DNA of 35,256 nucleotides from a virus: the UHGV virus genome UHGV-1783823; one strand, 5' to 3'. This document shows, one piece after another, positions 1 to 14,748 of this stretch. The position numbers and the translations under genes were made by a program. Under the pieces are notes generated by a model. The model was not told where the DNA came from. It saw only the letters and a program-made list of their open reading frames with translations, and searched no databases. Positions within the stretch are counted from its first letter, which is position 1. Every line of letters begins with the position of its first letter.

Positions 1-17
1 CGACGCTCTTCCGATCT
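1..17. other. Illumina TruSeq adapter remnant (CGACGCTCTTCCGATCT) at contig edge; not biological sequence
   Basis: Exact match to the 3-prime end of the TruSeq universal adapter as I recall it; sits at the extreme 5-prime end of the window. Confidence 0.9.
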
Positions 18-6616
<6,599 letters not shown>

Positions 6617-6618
6617 TA

Positions 6619-7806
6619 ATGGCAGTAGGTGAAATTCAAATTAGTGCCTTGCCTCAAGCAGCCTTACCAATTGACCTTAGTGATATCTTCCATCTTAAGC
6701 AGGGTATTGAGGATAAGAGGTGCACTCTTGAGCAATTGCTTGCTCCACACTCAAGCCTAAGAAATAACCCTCATGGTGTTACTAAAACACAAATTGGTTT
6801 AGATAACGTTATCAATGCTCTTCAGTTAGTTGCTGCAAATAACTTATCAGATGTTACTAATGTAGTTCAGGCAAGAGCAAATCTACAGATTATGTCTTCA
6901 GAAGAGGTTAATAATCTTGTTCAACAGCATATTCAGGACAAGAGCAACCCACATAATACAACTAAGGCACAGGTAGGGTTGAGTAATGTTCAGAACTGGA
7001 CAACATCGAACCTTTATAACGAAGATGCAGACAAGTACGCTACAGCAAGAGCAGTAAATAACTTGTACAAGGCTGTTCAGGCTTCCTATCCAGTAGGTAC
7101 TATCCATCTTTCCATGAACTCTGCAAACCCTTCTACATATTTAATTTGTGGAGGAACTTGGGAGTTAGTTTCAAAAGGTAGGGCATTGGTTGGCTATGAC
7201 TCTGATACAAGACCAGCAGGCTCTGTATTTGGTGCTTCAACTGTCACTTTGTCAGTTAATAACATGCCTCAACACTCTCACTCTGTGTCTCTTAGTGGTG
7301 GTGGTCATACTCATAATGCAACGGTGTCAATTTCAGCTTTTGATTATGGAACTAAGACTACTAACTCTTTTGACTATGGAACTAAGACCACTAACACAAC
7401 TGGTAACCACAACCATGTTGGTAGTGGGTCAACAGGTTCTGCTGGTGCTCATAACCACAGATTGACCTATGAATCAGGCGGTGGTTTATCGGAAAGACCT
7501 GCAATGGTTTGGTCTTCAAGGAATGACCAATCATGGTACTCAGCAGATGCTGTCTGTGAAGTAGCTGGTGCACACACTCACTCTTTCAGTGTTACCACTA
7601 ACACAACTGGTAACCACAACCATACGGTTGGTATTGGTGCTCACAGCCACACAGTTGGTATTGGTTCACATACGCACAATGGTACTGTGACAGTTTCTTC
7701 TTCTGAGCATACACATAGCGGGAACACTAACAGTGTTGGTGGTGGACAAGCTTTCAATATTGAGCAGCCATCCTTCGTACTGTATGTATGGCAGAGAACG
7801 GCTTAA
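6619..7806 (+). CDS. Tail fibre protein (short) with His-x-His repeat C-terminal module
   Basis: C-terminal half has repeated HxH motifs (HSHSVS, GGHTHNAT, GNHNH, GAHSHTVGIGSHTHNG) and ends VLYVWQRTA; C-terminal module shared with the next gene; internal 30-bp tandem duplication. Confidence 0.7.
   Translation: MAVGEIQISALPQAALPIDLSDIFHLKQGIEDKRCTLEQLLAPHSSLRNNPHGVTKTQIGLDNVINALQLVAANNLSDVTNVVQARANLQIMSSEEVNNLVQQHIQDKSNPHNTTKAQVGLSNVQNWTTSNLYNEDADKYATARAVNNLYKAVQASYPVGTIHLSMNSANPSTYLICGGTWELVSKGRALVGYDSDTRPAGSVFGASTVTLSVNNMPQHSHSVSLSGGGHTHNATVSISAFDYGTKTTNSFDYGTKTTNTTGNHNHVGSGSTGSAGAHNHRLTYESGGGLSERPAMVWSSRNDQSWYSADAVCEVAGAHTHSFSVTTNTTGNHNHTVGIGAHSHTVGIGSHTHNGTVTVSSSEHTHSGNTNSVGGGQAFNIEQPSFVLYVWQRTA
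7338..7397 (+). repeat. 30-bp tandem duplication inside short fibre gene (encodes FDYGTKTTNS / FDYGTKTTNT)
   Basis: Two adjacent 30-nt units, 7338-7367 and 7368-7397, differing at about 3 positions. Confidence 0.8.
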
Positions 7807-7815
7807 TTTCTTTAC

Positions 7816-7836
7816 AGGGGCTTTATAGCCCCTTTT
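7816..7836 (+). terminator. Rho-independent terminator-like hairpin between the two fibre genes
   Basis: AGGGGCT-TTAT-AGCCCCT stem-loop followed by a T-run; downstream RBS AAGAGG and ATG at 7853. Confidence 0.6.
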
Positions 7837-7852
7837 AAGAGGAAAATTTATA

Positions 7853-10240
7853 ATGGCAGATTACAAGTTGAGTGAATTAAACTCAATCGATACAATCCGT
7901 TCAGATGACCTTCTTCATGTCAGGGTTAAAAAGAGACCTGAAATGCTTGGCGATGAAGACCGTCGAATGACCTATCAAGATTTCTTAGCATCTTTCAAGC
8001 TTGAAAGATTTGTCCAGATTGCTGGTAGTACTATGACGGGTGACTTAGGGATTGTTAAGCTACTTTATGGTGGTAAAGTAGTATTTAACCCAACAGGCTC
8101 TTCTGAGATTAATATTGGGGACGTTTTAAAGACTTTTAAAATTAACGCAAATGGTCTTAAGCTAACTGTTGCAGATGCTTCAAGGTCGGCAACTGTTTAT
8201 CATACTCTGAATAAGCCAAGCCCTAGTGAGCTTGGGATGAGAACTAATGAAGAGAATGACACGAGATACTCAAGATTAGCTGCAAATAACACCTTTAGAG
8301 GTACTCAAGCTATTCTCTCTGACAATGAAGCCCTTATTGTTAAGAATATCACACAAGGGATGCCACTCTATATTCGTGGTCAAGATGCAGATGGCACCAA
8401 CAGATGGTATCTAGGCAATGATAATAAAGGCACAGACAACCTTGTTTTAAAAAACGTTAAATCTGGTGCATACGTAGCGATTTTAGCTAACCTAATCTCT
8501 GTGAATAAATCAATTCAAATCACTGGTCAAGTTCAACCTTCTGATTGGACTAACTTAGATGCTAGGTATTTTACTCAGACAGCAGCTAATCAGAGGTTTG
8601 CACAGTTAGCTGGTGATAATACCTTTAGAGGCGTGAATACATTTAATCAAATCCTATCAATTGAGACGAATAGTGCAGCCTTAAGGTTAAAAAATACTGT
8701 AGCTAATGGTGCACTGTACATTAAAGGTGAAAGTAATGATGGCTCTGGTAAGTGGTATGTAGGTAATGGTGATAATACACCTGCCGTATTAATTCACAAC
8801 TATACATATGGGTCTAATCTTAGACTCGACAATGGTTATGTTGAGGTTAATAAGCAACTTAAAGTCGTTGGTCAAGTTCAACCTTCTGATTGGACTAACA
8901 TTGACTCTAGATATATTCCGGCAGGAACTTTGAGTAATCTTGCTAAGCTAAGTGGTGTAAACACTTTCAGGTCTGCACAGGTTATCAATCTGAATGGCTC
9001 ATTGTTACAGCTAAAGAACACTACACAAGACAGAGAGCTATACTTTGCTGGTCATAATGCTGATGGTGTTAGAAGGTGGTACATCGGTAATGGGGAACCA
9101 TCCAACCCAACAAGGTTTACTATCCGTAACGACAGAACTGCAACTACGCTTTATATGCAAGACGATTTCTTGTTGGATAAAAATGTCAGAATTACTGGTC
9201 AAGTTCAACCTTCAGATTTCTCTAACTTAGACGCTAGATATTTCTTAAAAACAAAAGTGTTATCCCAATCTTTAATGACAAGGACAGCTAATAGGCTGGA
9301 TGACCCATCATCATTCAATAAAGATTATTCGGGATTTGTAAGAAACAATGGTATTGAGCAGGGTCTGAAAGACTTAGCCATCCACGTAGCACACTCTGCT
9401 GGTATTGCTCATGCCAGAGGTATTGCTTTTACATATGGGTCTAAAGGTCTTGATGTCTTCACATATGCTTATGGAGCAGATGGAGCATATGTTGGGGAGG
9501 CACAGTTGTATTCAACGGTATTTAAACCAACCCCTTCAGATATTGGTGCATACACTAAAGCTGAAACTGACCAGAAGATTGCACAGGCAGTAAGTGACTC
9601 TACAGACCTGAATAAAATCTATCCAGTAGGTATTGTAACGTGGTTTAACAGTAATGTTGACCCTAACACAGCGTTGCCTGGGTTAACTTGGACGTACCTG
9701 AACAATGGTGTTGGTAGAACTATCAGAATTGCAGCAGCAAACGGTTCAGATGTTGCTACAACTGGTGGTTCAGATTCTGTAACGTTGGCTGTTGGTAATT
9801 TACCATCACACACTCACAGTTTCTCTGCTACCACTTCATCTTTTGATTATGGTACGAAGGGCACTAATAGTACTGGTGGTCATACTCACTCTGTAAGTGG
9901 TACAACAAGTGCTGCTGGTAACCACGCCCACCACTTAGGTCTGCTATTGGTTAATGGTGGTGATGCTCAGTATGGTTACACAACTGTTAGCAACAGCAAG
10001 ACAAGAACTCTTGACTGGCTTGACAGAAAAGACAATAAATTCCCTAACACTAACACAACTGGTAACCATACACATACATGGTCTGGTACTACAAGCGGTG
10101 CTGGTGACCATTCCCACTCTGTAGGTATTGGTGCTCACAGCCACACAGTTAGTGGTAATACTGGTAGTACAGGTTCTGGTTCAGCATTTAGTGTTACTAA
10201 CCAGTTCTACAAATTAATGGCTTGGGTGAGAACTGCTTAA
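7853..10240 (+). CDS. Long tail fibre protein with three tandem ~110-aa modules and His-rich C-terminal domain
   Basis: 795 aa; three repeats ending [18 protein letters not shown] / [18 protein letters not shown] / [18 protein letters not shown]; C-terminus has HxH motifs and ends LMAWVRTA, paralogous to 6619-7806. Confidence 0.75.
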   Translation: MADYKLSELNSIDTIRSDDLLHVRVKKRPEMLGDEDRRMTYQDFLASFKLERFVQIAGSTMTGDLGIVKLLYGGKVVFNPTGSSEINIGDVLKTFKINANGLKLTVADASRSATVYHTLNKPSPSELGMRTNEENDTRYSRLAANNTFRGTQAILSDNEALIVKNITQGMPLYIRGQDADGTNRWYLGNDNKGTDNLVLKNVKSGAYVAILANLISVNKSIQITGQVQPSDWTNLDARYFTQTAANQRFAQLAGDNTFRGVNTFNQILSIETNSAALRLKNTVANGALYIKGESNDGSGKWYVGNGDNTPAVLIHNYTYGSNLRLDNGYVEVNKQLKVVGQVQPSDWTNIDSRYIPAGTLSNLAKLSGVNTFRSAQVINLNGSLLQLKNTTQDRELYFAGHNADGVRRWYIGNGEPSNPTRFTIRNDRTATTLYMQDDFLLDKNVRITGQVQPSDFSNLDARYFLKTKVLSQSLMTRTANRLDDPSSFNKDYSGFVRNNGIEQGLKDLAIHVAHSAGIAHARGIAFTYGSKGLDVFTYAYGADGAYVGEAQLYSTVFKPTPSDIGAYTKAETDQKIAQAVSDSTDLNKIYPVGIVTWFNSNVDPNTALPGLTWTYLNNGVGRTIRIAAANGSDVATTGGSDSVTLAVGNLPSHTHSFSATTSSFDYGTKGTNSTGGHTHSVSGTTSAAGNHAHHLGLLLVNGGDAQYGYTTVSNSKTRTLDWLDRKDNKFPNTNTTGNHTHTWSGTTSGAGDHSHSVGIGAHSHTVSGNTGSTGSGSAFSVTNQFYKLMAWVRTA
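8270..9247 (+). repeat. Intragenic tandem module repeats (3 x ~330-345 bp) in long fibre gene
   Basis: Near-identical 30-mers GGTCAAGTTCAACCTTCTGATTGGACTAAC at 8525 and 8870, and a related copy at 9197; protein motifs LYI[RK]G..DG...WY[LV]GN repeat in register; outer boundaries approximate. Confidence 0.65.
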
Positions 10241-10247
10241 TCCTTTG

Positions 10248-10276
10248 TTGACTGATTGTTAAGATGGTGTTAATAT
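10248..10276 (+). promoter_or_regulatory. Sigma70-like promoter candidate (TTGACT-17 bp-TAATAT)
   Basis: -35 TTGACT at 10248-10253, 17-bp spacer, -10 TAATAT at 10271-10276; a 9-bp inverted repeat (10261-10269 / 10293-10301) overlaps the -10. Confidence 0.4.
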
Positions 10277-10319
10277 TCTTTATGGGTATTCTCACCATCT
10301 TGGCTGATGAGGTGATTAA

Positions 10320-10517
10320 ATGCCTACAATCCTAGCAATTCTTCTAAAAAATCTAGGTAGCTTCTTCTGGAAACTCATTTTATCCCTTCTAAGTGAATAC
10401 ATGATTGAGAAAGTGTTCTTTAGGCTTGCAAGATACCTTGCGAGTAAAACAGACACACCTATTGATGATGAGTTCGTAGATAACTTAGAAAAAGCTTTTA
10501 AGGGGGAGAATAAATGA
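10320..10517 (+). CDS. Small membrane protein (holin-like size; function unproven)
   Basis: 65 aa; hydrophobic N-terminus MPTILAILLKNLGSFFWKLILSLL; RBS GAGGTGA upstream. Confidence 0.45.
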   Translation: MPTILAILLKNLGSFFWKLILSLLSEYMIEKVFFRLARYLASKTDTPIDDEFVDNLEKAFKGENK

Positions 10518-10885
10518 AGTGGCTAGAGGAAGCTTTTAAAAATAATATTGGTGCAATTGTAGTTGGTATTTTTAGTGTTATTGGGATGTATACCACCATG
10601 CAAGTCTCGGATGGTAAACAAGAAGTGTCTATCACAACAAAGTTACAACAGTTAGATAATTATTCCAAAAGTAATTATTCAGCTATTCGTGATTTACAGT
10701 CTGATATGAGGCTGCTTCAGCTAGGGATGGAGAACCAGAAAGTCCAGTTAGAGAATGTTAAAGGTGAGAACGCAAAACTTACTAAAACCCTTGATAAATT
10801 CTCTGATAGTGTGAACAATCTGGCTCAATCAGTATCAGCCCTCCAAGCTATTACTGAAAAGAACACAAAGAGTACTGAAAAGTAA
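10514..10885 (+). CDS. Membrane-anchored coiled-coil protein
   Basis: 123 aa; N-terminal TM segment IGAIVVGIFSVIGMY followed by a heptad-like charged region; ATGA overlap with upstream gene. Confidence 0.5.
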   Translation: MKWLEEAFKNNIGAIVVGIFSVIGMYTTMQVSDGKQEVSITTKLQQLDNYSKSNYSAIRDLQSDMRLLQLGMENQKVQLENVKGENAKLTKTLDKFSDSVNNLAQSVSALQAITEKNTKSTEK

Positions 10886-10890
10886 AGTTT

Positions 10891-10920
10891 AAGGCTCCTT
10901 TTTACGGGAGCCTTTTTTGT
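10891..10920. terminator. Bidirectional rho-independent terminator between convergent operons
   Basis: AAGGCTCC / GGAGCCTT 8-bp stem with 8-nt loop, flanked by T-runs; lies between + gene end 10885 and - gene end 10922. Confidence 0.7.
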
Positions 10921-10921
10921 T

Positions 10922-11821
10922 TTATTTACCTACTGACAAAGGTGCTTCAATCTTTCCTGCATGTTGGTAGTTGTTAATGCCACCAATAAAATCACTTGCA
11001 GTGAGATGTTTTAGGTCACTTAAAGTGTTAAGTGGGATACCAATCTCAAAAGTTGGTGCATGGAACTCTTCATTGTTCATCAGTTCATAAACCTGCTTCA
11101 TATGGTTCTGGTAAATCTGAGTATCCCCAAAGACACCTATCAAGTATCGTGGAGTGTATCCAGTCATCTTACAAAGAACTTCCAGAATAAAACCATAAGA
11201 CGCAATATTAAATGGAAGTCCTAAAAAGGTGTCTACAGAACGTTGATACCATTGTAAGTCAACTTCACCTTCGTTGGTGATATAAATCTGAAACAGAACA
11301 TGACAAGGTGCTAAAGCCATCGAGTTTGCTGCAATATCTGCTGCATTCCAAGCATTAACAAGCATGTAACGGTCTGTGATATCACCTTTCATCTTCGTTA
11401 CTAAGGTTTCTAACTGGTCTACAACACAACCATTATGACCTTCAAAGTTTCTCCACTGAACCCCGTAGATTCTCCCACCTGCATCTTCTAACCAGTCTTG
11501 CTCAGAAGAATAGTTAGAGCTTAACCAACGTTTAAAATCATCTGACCAGATAGTCCAACGTTCTCCATCATTTTCACCCCAAGTGCGATAACGAAGTTCA
11601 CCAAGTTTATTCTCACCGTTCAGAAACCATAAAGCTTCCCCGATAACTTGCCGTGTAAACACCTGTTTAGATGTTAAGAGCGGGAAACCAGTTCTCATAT
11701 CAAAGCGAAACTTGGGTGGAGCAAATGCAGAGATAACATCTCCAGTTCGTGTAGTACGCAGTTCACCAACGGATAAAACATGGTTCAGGATATTTTTGTA
11801 ACTCAAATCAGCTTGTGACAT
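10922..11821 (-). CDS. thyA: Thymidylate synthase
   Basis: Classic ThyA motifs: RTGDVIS, FPLLTSKQV, ALWFLNG, active-site LAPCH, DTFLGLPFNIASY (Asn retained, dUMP-specific); adjacent DHFR. Confidence 0.9.
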   Translation of the reverse strand: MSQADLSYKNILNHVLSVGELRTTRTGDVISAFAPPKFRFDMRTGFPLLTSKQVFTRQVIGEALWFLNGENKLGELRYRTWGENDGERWTIWSDDFKRWLSSNYSSEQDWLEDAGGRIYGVQWRNFEGHNGCVVDQLETLVTKMKGDITDRYMLVNAWNAADIAANSMALAPCHVLFQIYITNEGEVDLQWYQRSVDTFLGLPFNIASYGFILEVLCKMTGYTPRYLIGVFGDTQIYQNHMKQVYELMNNEEFHAPTFEIGIPLNTLSDLKHLTASDFIGGINNYQHAGKIEAPLSVGK

Positions 11822-11822
11822 A

Positions 11823-12368
11823 TCAAAAGTGTCCTTTTACTTGTGGAACATAGATTTCAAAGGTTGCTTTACCATCATCTGAGGGTCTTGACTGCACCTT
11901 TGCAAATACACGGTTATCATACAGTTTATCGAAGAAGTTTTCAAAAGGTAAATATACAGTGGCCTCTTCAGTAACCTTATGGAAAACTGTATGGAAAACT
12001 ACACCAGCATACGGCAAAGCATTGACAAGAACACCTGCACCACCAATTACAAAGATATCTTCATCAATAGAGCTATCAAGGTACTTCAAAAATGCTCCAA
12101 AGGACTCTTTGCTGGCCTTAGCATACATTACATCTTCTTTACCAAAGTCTATACCAAAATATGGCACAGAGTTTGTTAAGATAAGGTTTTCACGTTCTGG
12201 TAAAGGCTTACTACCCAGAGTCTTAAAAGTCTCATTACCCATCACTACTAAGTTATTTTTAGTGAGTCTCTTAAACTCTTGCATGTCCTGTTTATGTCGA
12301 GGCCACGGCATACCAGTTGGAGTACCAAACTCACCATTTTCACCACTTGCAAAGATTAATTTAATCAT
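11823..12368 (-). CDS. folA: Dihydrofolate reductase
   Basis: N-terminal IFASGENGEFG..MPW...D...F, VVMGNETFKTLG, PLPERENLILT, VIGGAGV; 1-nt gap to thyA. Confidence 0.85.
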   Translation of the reverse strand: MIKLIFASGENGEFGTPTGMPWPRHKQDMQEFKRLTKNNLVVMGNETFKTLGSKPLPERENLILTNSVPYFGIDFGKEDVMYAKASKESFGAFLKYLDSSIDEDIFVIGGAGVLVNALPYAGVVFHTVFHKVTEEATVYLPFENFFDKLYDNRVFAKVQSRPSDDGKATFEIYVPQVKGHF

Positions 12369-12625
12369 TTTGTAAATCCTTTCTTAATGAACCAGTTGAT
12401 AACACTCTTCACAACTTTACTACGATGGTAGATAAAATGTGGAGAGGGTTGGTATGAACCATAAGCCCAGAAAGCGATAATTTCATTACACCCTGTGCAT
12501 CGGGTACTTTCTTCAGCAATATGACCGTTGACTATTTCACTTACCTCACCTTGTAAGTCTGTACACCCGCAATGTGGACAACGGATAGGTGTTCCATCAG
12601 ACTCATAGCAGTGTTCAATTTTCAT
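12365..12625 (-). CDS. Zinc-ribbon protein (CxxC...CxxC)
   Basis: CPHCGC...CTGCNE cysteine pairs; ATGA overlap with DHFR start. Confidence 0.55.
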   Translation of the reverse strand: MKIEHCYESDGTPIRCPHCGCTDLQGEVSEIVNGHIAEESTRCTGCNEIIAFWAYGSYQPSPHFIYHRSKVVKSVINWFIKKGFTK

Positions 12626-13141
12626 CTATTTAACCTCAAAAACTGGTTCAAGAACCAATATAAAGTCCACACAGTCATCTTCTTCATCCAGAATACCATC
12701 AAAGTTCTTAGGTACAAAGTCGAAGAGGCTCATAGAATATCGGTCAGAAGTAACCCTGATAGTGTTCCCTATATTCTCTACAGTTAATATTGTACGGCTT
12801 TCTGTTACCTCACTTAGAAGATTACTCACAAAGTCATCTAAGAAGTGTTTCATCAGTGACTTGAAGCCTTTAGGGTAATCTGTACCAGAGTATGTTTCAA
12901 TCTGAGGAACAAGCTTAACATTTATACTAGTCTTTGTTAAGAACGTTTTAGAGAACATGCTATCAGGTAGCTTACAAACAGTCTTTCCAGTACCTTCATG
13001 TTCAATCTCAACAAAACCAGCTTCGTCGCCACATGTAACTATTTTAAAAGATGCTTCATTCTCATACTGTGAAGCCATAAACTTTTTAAGCATTTCTTTA
13101 AGGAAATCTGCATGAGCATCTTGTAAGTAGATATCAATCAT
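12626..13141 (-). CDS. Hypothetical protein
   Basis: 171 aa ORF co-oriented in the early operon; no motif recognised. Confidence 0.55.
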   Translation of the reverse strand: MIDIYLQDAHADFLKEMLKKFMASQYENEASFKIVTCGDEAGFVEIEHEGTGKTVCKLPDSMFSKTFLTKTSINVKLVPQIETYSGTDYPKGFKSLMKHFLDDFVSNLLSEVTESRTILTVENIGNTIRVTSDRYSMSLFDFVPKNFDGILDEEDDCVDFILVLEPVFEVK

Positions 13142-13154
13142 AGTTAATCACCTA

Positions 13155-13514
13155 TTATGGGAACAAGCACTTAATGTCATCGTTTTTGAAAACAAAACTT
13201 GTGTAGTTGTGACCATCAACATCTAGCCAAACAGCCTGAACATCTACACCATCAAGATTCTGGTAAAGCTCTTTGATGAAGTGGTCTTTCACAATCTGGC
13301 TGCTAGTTGTTTCCAGCTTAATGTTCGAGATTGCTGAACCTACAGCCATATAACCCATGACACGTTTCTTCTCAGTATGCTTAATCTTACCATCTTTGTA
13401 AGCCATAATGAGATTGGAGAGAATCTTCACACCATAATACTTTTCAAGGTGAGTAGGTACGCCATAAAAGCCTAATGCGAAGTTTTCAGAGTGGATAATG
13501 TTTTCACGTTTCAT
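13155..13514 (-). CDS. Hypothetical protein
   Basis: 119 aa ORF co-oriented in the early operon; no motif recognised. Confidence 0.55.
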   Translation of the reverse strand: MKRENIIHSENFALGFYGVPTHLEKYYGVKILSNLIMAYKDGKIKHTEKKRVMGYMAVGSAISNIKLETTSSQIVKDHFIKELYQNLDGVDVQAVWLDVDGHNYTSFVFKNDDIKCLFP

Positions 13515-13515
13515 A

Positions 13516-13845
13516 TTAATCTGCCAACCTTAAATTGAAATTAACACCAAATTTTTCACATACTTCCAACATATACTCAAGGGAGACGTTACCAGTGAGA
13601 TGGATTATGTTGGATACACGAGCCTGAGAGATACCACAAATTTTAGCAACTTGCTCTTGAGAAAGACCTCTGGATTTAATCTCTCTCTTAAAACGATGTG
13701 CAACGAAATCCCTCATCTCGTCTACATCCATTGGACAAATATAACTCTCCATTTCAGCCTCTCTATCAGCCTCCCAATCATCTTGTGGAGCATAAGGGTC
13801 AAAAACCTCATTCATCTTTCTTCTTCCGTTTACGTGAAGTATCAA
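13516..13845 (-). CDS. Helix-turn-helix DNA-binding protein (XRE-like HTH at C-terminus)
   Basis: LSQEQVAKICGISQARVSNIIHL matches HTH_3-type helix-turn-helix pattern; true start may be the internal Met (MNEVFDPY). Confidence 0.6.
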   Translation of the reverse strand: MILHVNGRRKMNEVFDPYAPQDDWEADREAEMESYICPMDVDEMRDFVAHRFKREIKSRGLSQEQVAKICGISQARVSNIIHLTGNVSLEYMLEVCEKFGVNFNLRLAD

Positions 13846-14020
13846 TTAATGAGTCTATGTTTGTAGCTCTGACCTTTTCACGTTCATCATTAAGATAATC
13901 GTCAAGAGCCTTTTCAATCTGTGAATCATCCTGACAGATGACTGTAAAGACTGTAAAGCCGTCTGTATCGTCAATTATCTTACCATAACCGCTTCTGGGA
14001 TGTAACTTTTTAAGAGCCAT
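13808..14020 (-). CDS. Hypothetical small protein with basic C-terminus
   Basis: 70 aa ORF; overlaps upstream gene by ~38 nt; C-terminal RKRKKKDE. Confidence 0.4.
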   Translation of the reverse strand: MALKKLHPRSGYGKIIDDTDGFTVFTVICQDDSQIEKALDDYLNDEREKVRATNIDSLIDTSRKRKKKDE

Positions 14021-14021
14021 A

Positions 14022-14405
14022 TCAAATACCTGTGCAGCTTCTGTTTTCTAAGAAATACTCAACACCATACATAGCTTTTTGCATCAAATCTTCTTTAAAC
14101 TGGATACGATGATTGAGCATAGCCTGTACATCAATATCATCAGGGTGCTTCTCTTTAATATTTGCAGATTGCAGGAAATACTCTGCAAGAACACGATACT
14201 GATAGTCAGTTACCTTATCAGTCATCTCTGTTAAAGACTCTTCAGAGATTGGTTTAAGTAGTTCACCTTTAGATAGGGCAACACCTTTAACAATCTGGCA
14301 AGTGTCTTCTGGAACACCTGATAAGTCCACATTTGGAAGTTCTGTTGCATTGACTGGTAAATTCATTGCCATAACCATTGCAGCAGCTAATAAAATCTTT
14401 TTCAT
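14022..14405 (-). CDS. Secreted/periplasmic protein with N-terminal signal peptide
   Basis: MKKILLAAAMVMAMNLPVNATE has the n-h-c architecture of a Sec signal peptide with an AxA-like cleavage region. Confidence 0.6.
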   Translation of the reverse strand: MKKILLAAAMVMAMNLPVNATELPNVDLSGVPEDTCQIVKGVALSKGELLKPISEESLTEMTDKVTDYQYRVLAEYFLQSANIKEKHPDDIDVQAMLNHRIQFKEDLMQKAMYGVEYFLENRSCTGI

Positions 14406-14450
14406 AATGACCTCAAAGTTATATTAAATTTTGTATTACATTGAGTATAA

Positions 14451-14497
14451 AAATAAGCTATAACACCTGACTTGTCAACAGATTTTATAGCTTATTT
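14451..14497. promoter_or_regulatory. 13-bp perfect inverted repeat with 21-bp spacer containing a TTGACA hexamer (- strand)
   Basis: AAATAAGCTATAA (14451-14463) and its reverse complement TTATAGCTTATTT (14485-14497); spacer includes TGTCAA at 14473-14478. Confidence 0.5.
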
Positions 14498-14532
14498 GGC
14501 AGATTTTTTATAAGGCTACTGCCATCCTTCCA

Positions 14533-14582
14533 TACCTTACCTAACCAAACCGAACCTCACACAACCAGACCGAGCCGCACCC
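14533..14582. repeat. Pentanucleotide tandem array A, ~10 units, consensus NACCN; G-poor on + strand
   Basis: tacct tacct aacca aaccg aacct cacac aacca gaccg agccg caccc; ACC recurs with exact 5-bp period. Confidence 0.7.
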
Positions 14583-14588
14583 CGCCTT

Positions 14589-14612
14589 ATTAAAAGACCC
14601 TCTTCAAAGACC
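14589..14612. promoter_or_regulatory. Conserved box copy 1 (TTAAAAGACCCTCTTCAAAGACC) following array A
   Basis: ~20 of 24 positions identical to the box at 14749-14771; followed by a 7-bp stem hairpin (AGTCTCA 14626-14632 / TGAGACT 14645-14651). Confidence 0.5.
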
Positions 14613-14664
14613 TTTTAAAAAGGTAAGTCTCATTTTAATGTAGCTGAGACTAACTACCCATACT

Positions 14665-14748
14665 GTACCGCACCTGACCCGACCTGACCAGACCTAACAT
14701 TACCGTGCCACACCGTACCGAACAGAACACTGCCATACCTCACATCAC
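14665..14748. repeat. Pentanucleotide tandem array B, ~16 units, consensus NNACC; - strand reads GGTCT GGTCA GGTCG GGTCA GGTGC GGTAC
   Basis: gtacc gcacc tgacc cgacc tgacc agacc taaca ttacc gtgcc acacc gtacc gaaca gaaca ctgcc atacc tcaca; strict 5-bp register over ~80 bp. Confidence 0.7.

Noticed and set aside
10922-11821. ThyA homologue as a dUMP/dCMP hydroxymethylase (DNA hypermodification)
   Set aside because: The protein keeps the ThyA-type FNIASY Asn and PCH active site, and sits next to DHFR, which recycles the dihydrofolate that only thymidylate synthase produces. This favours genuine thymidylate synthase.
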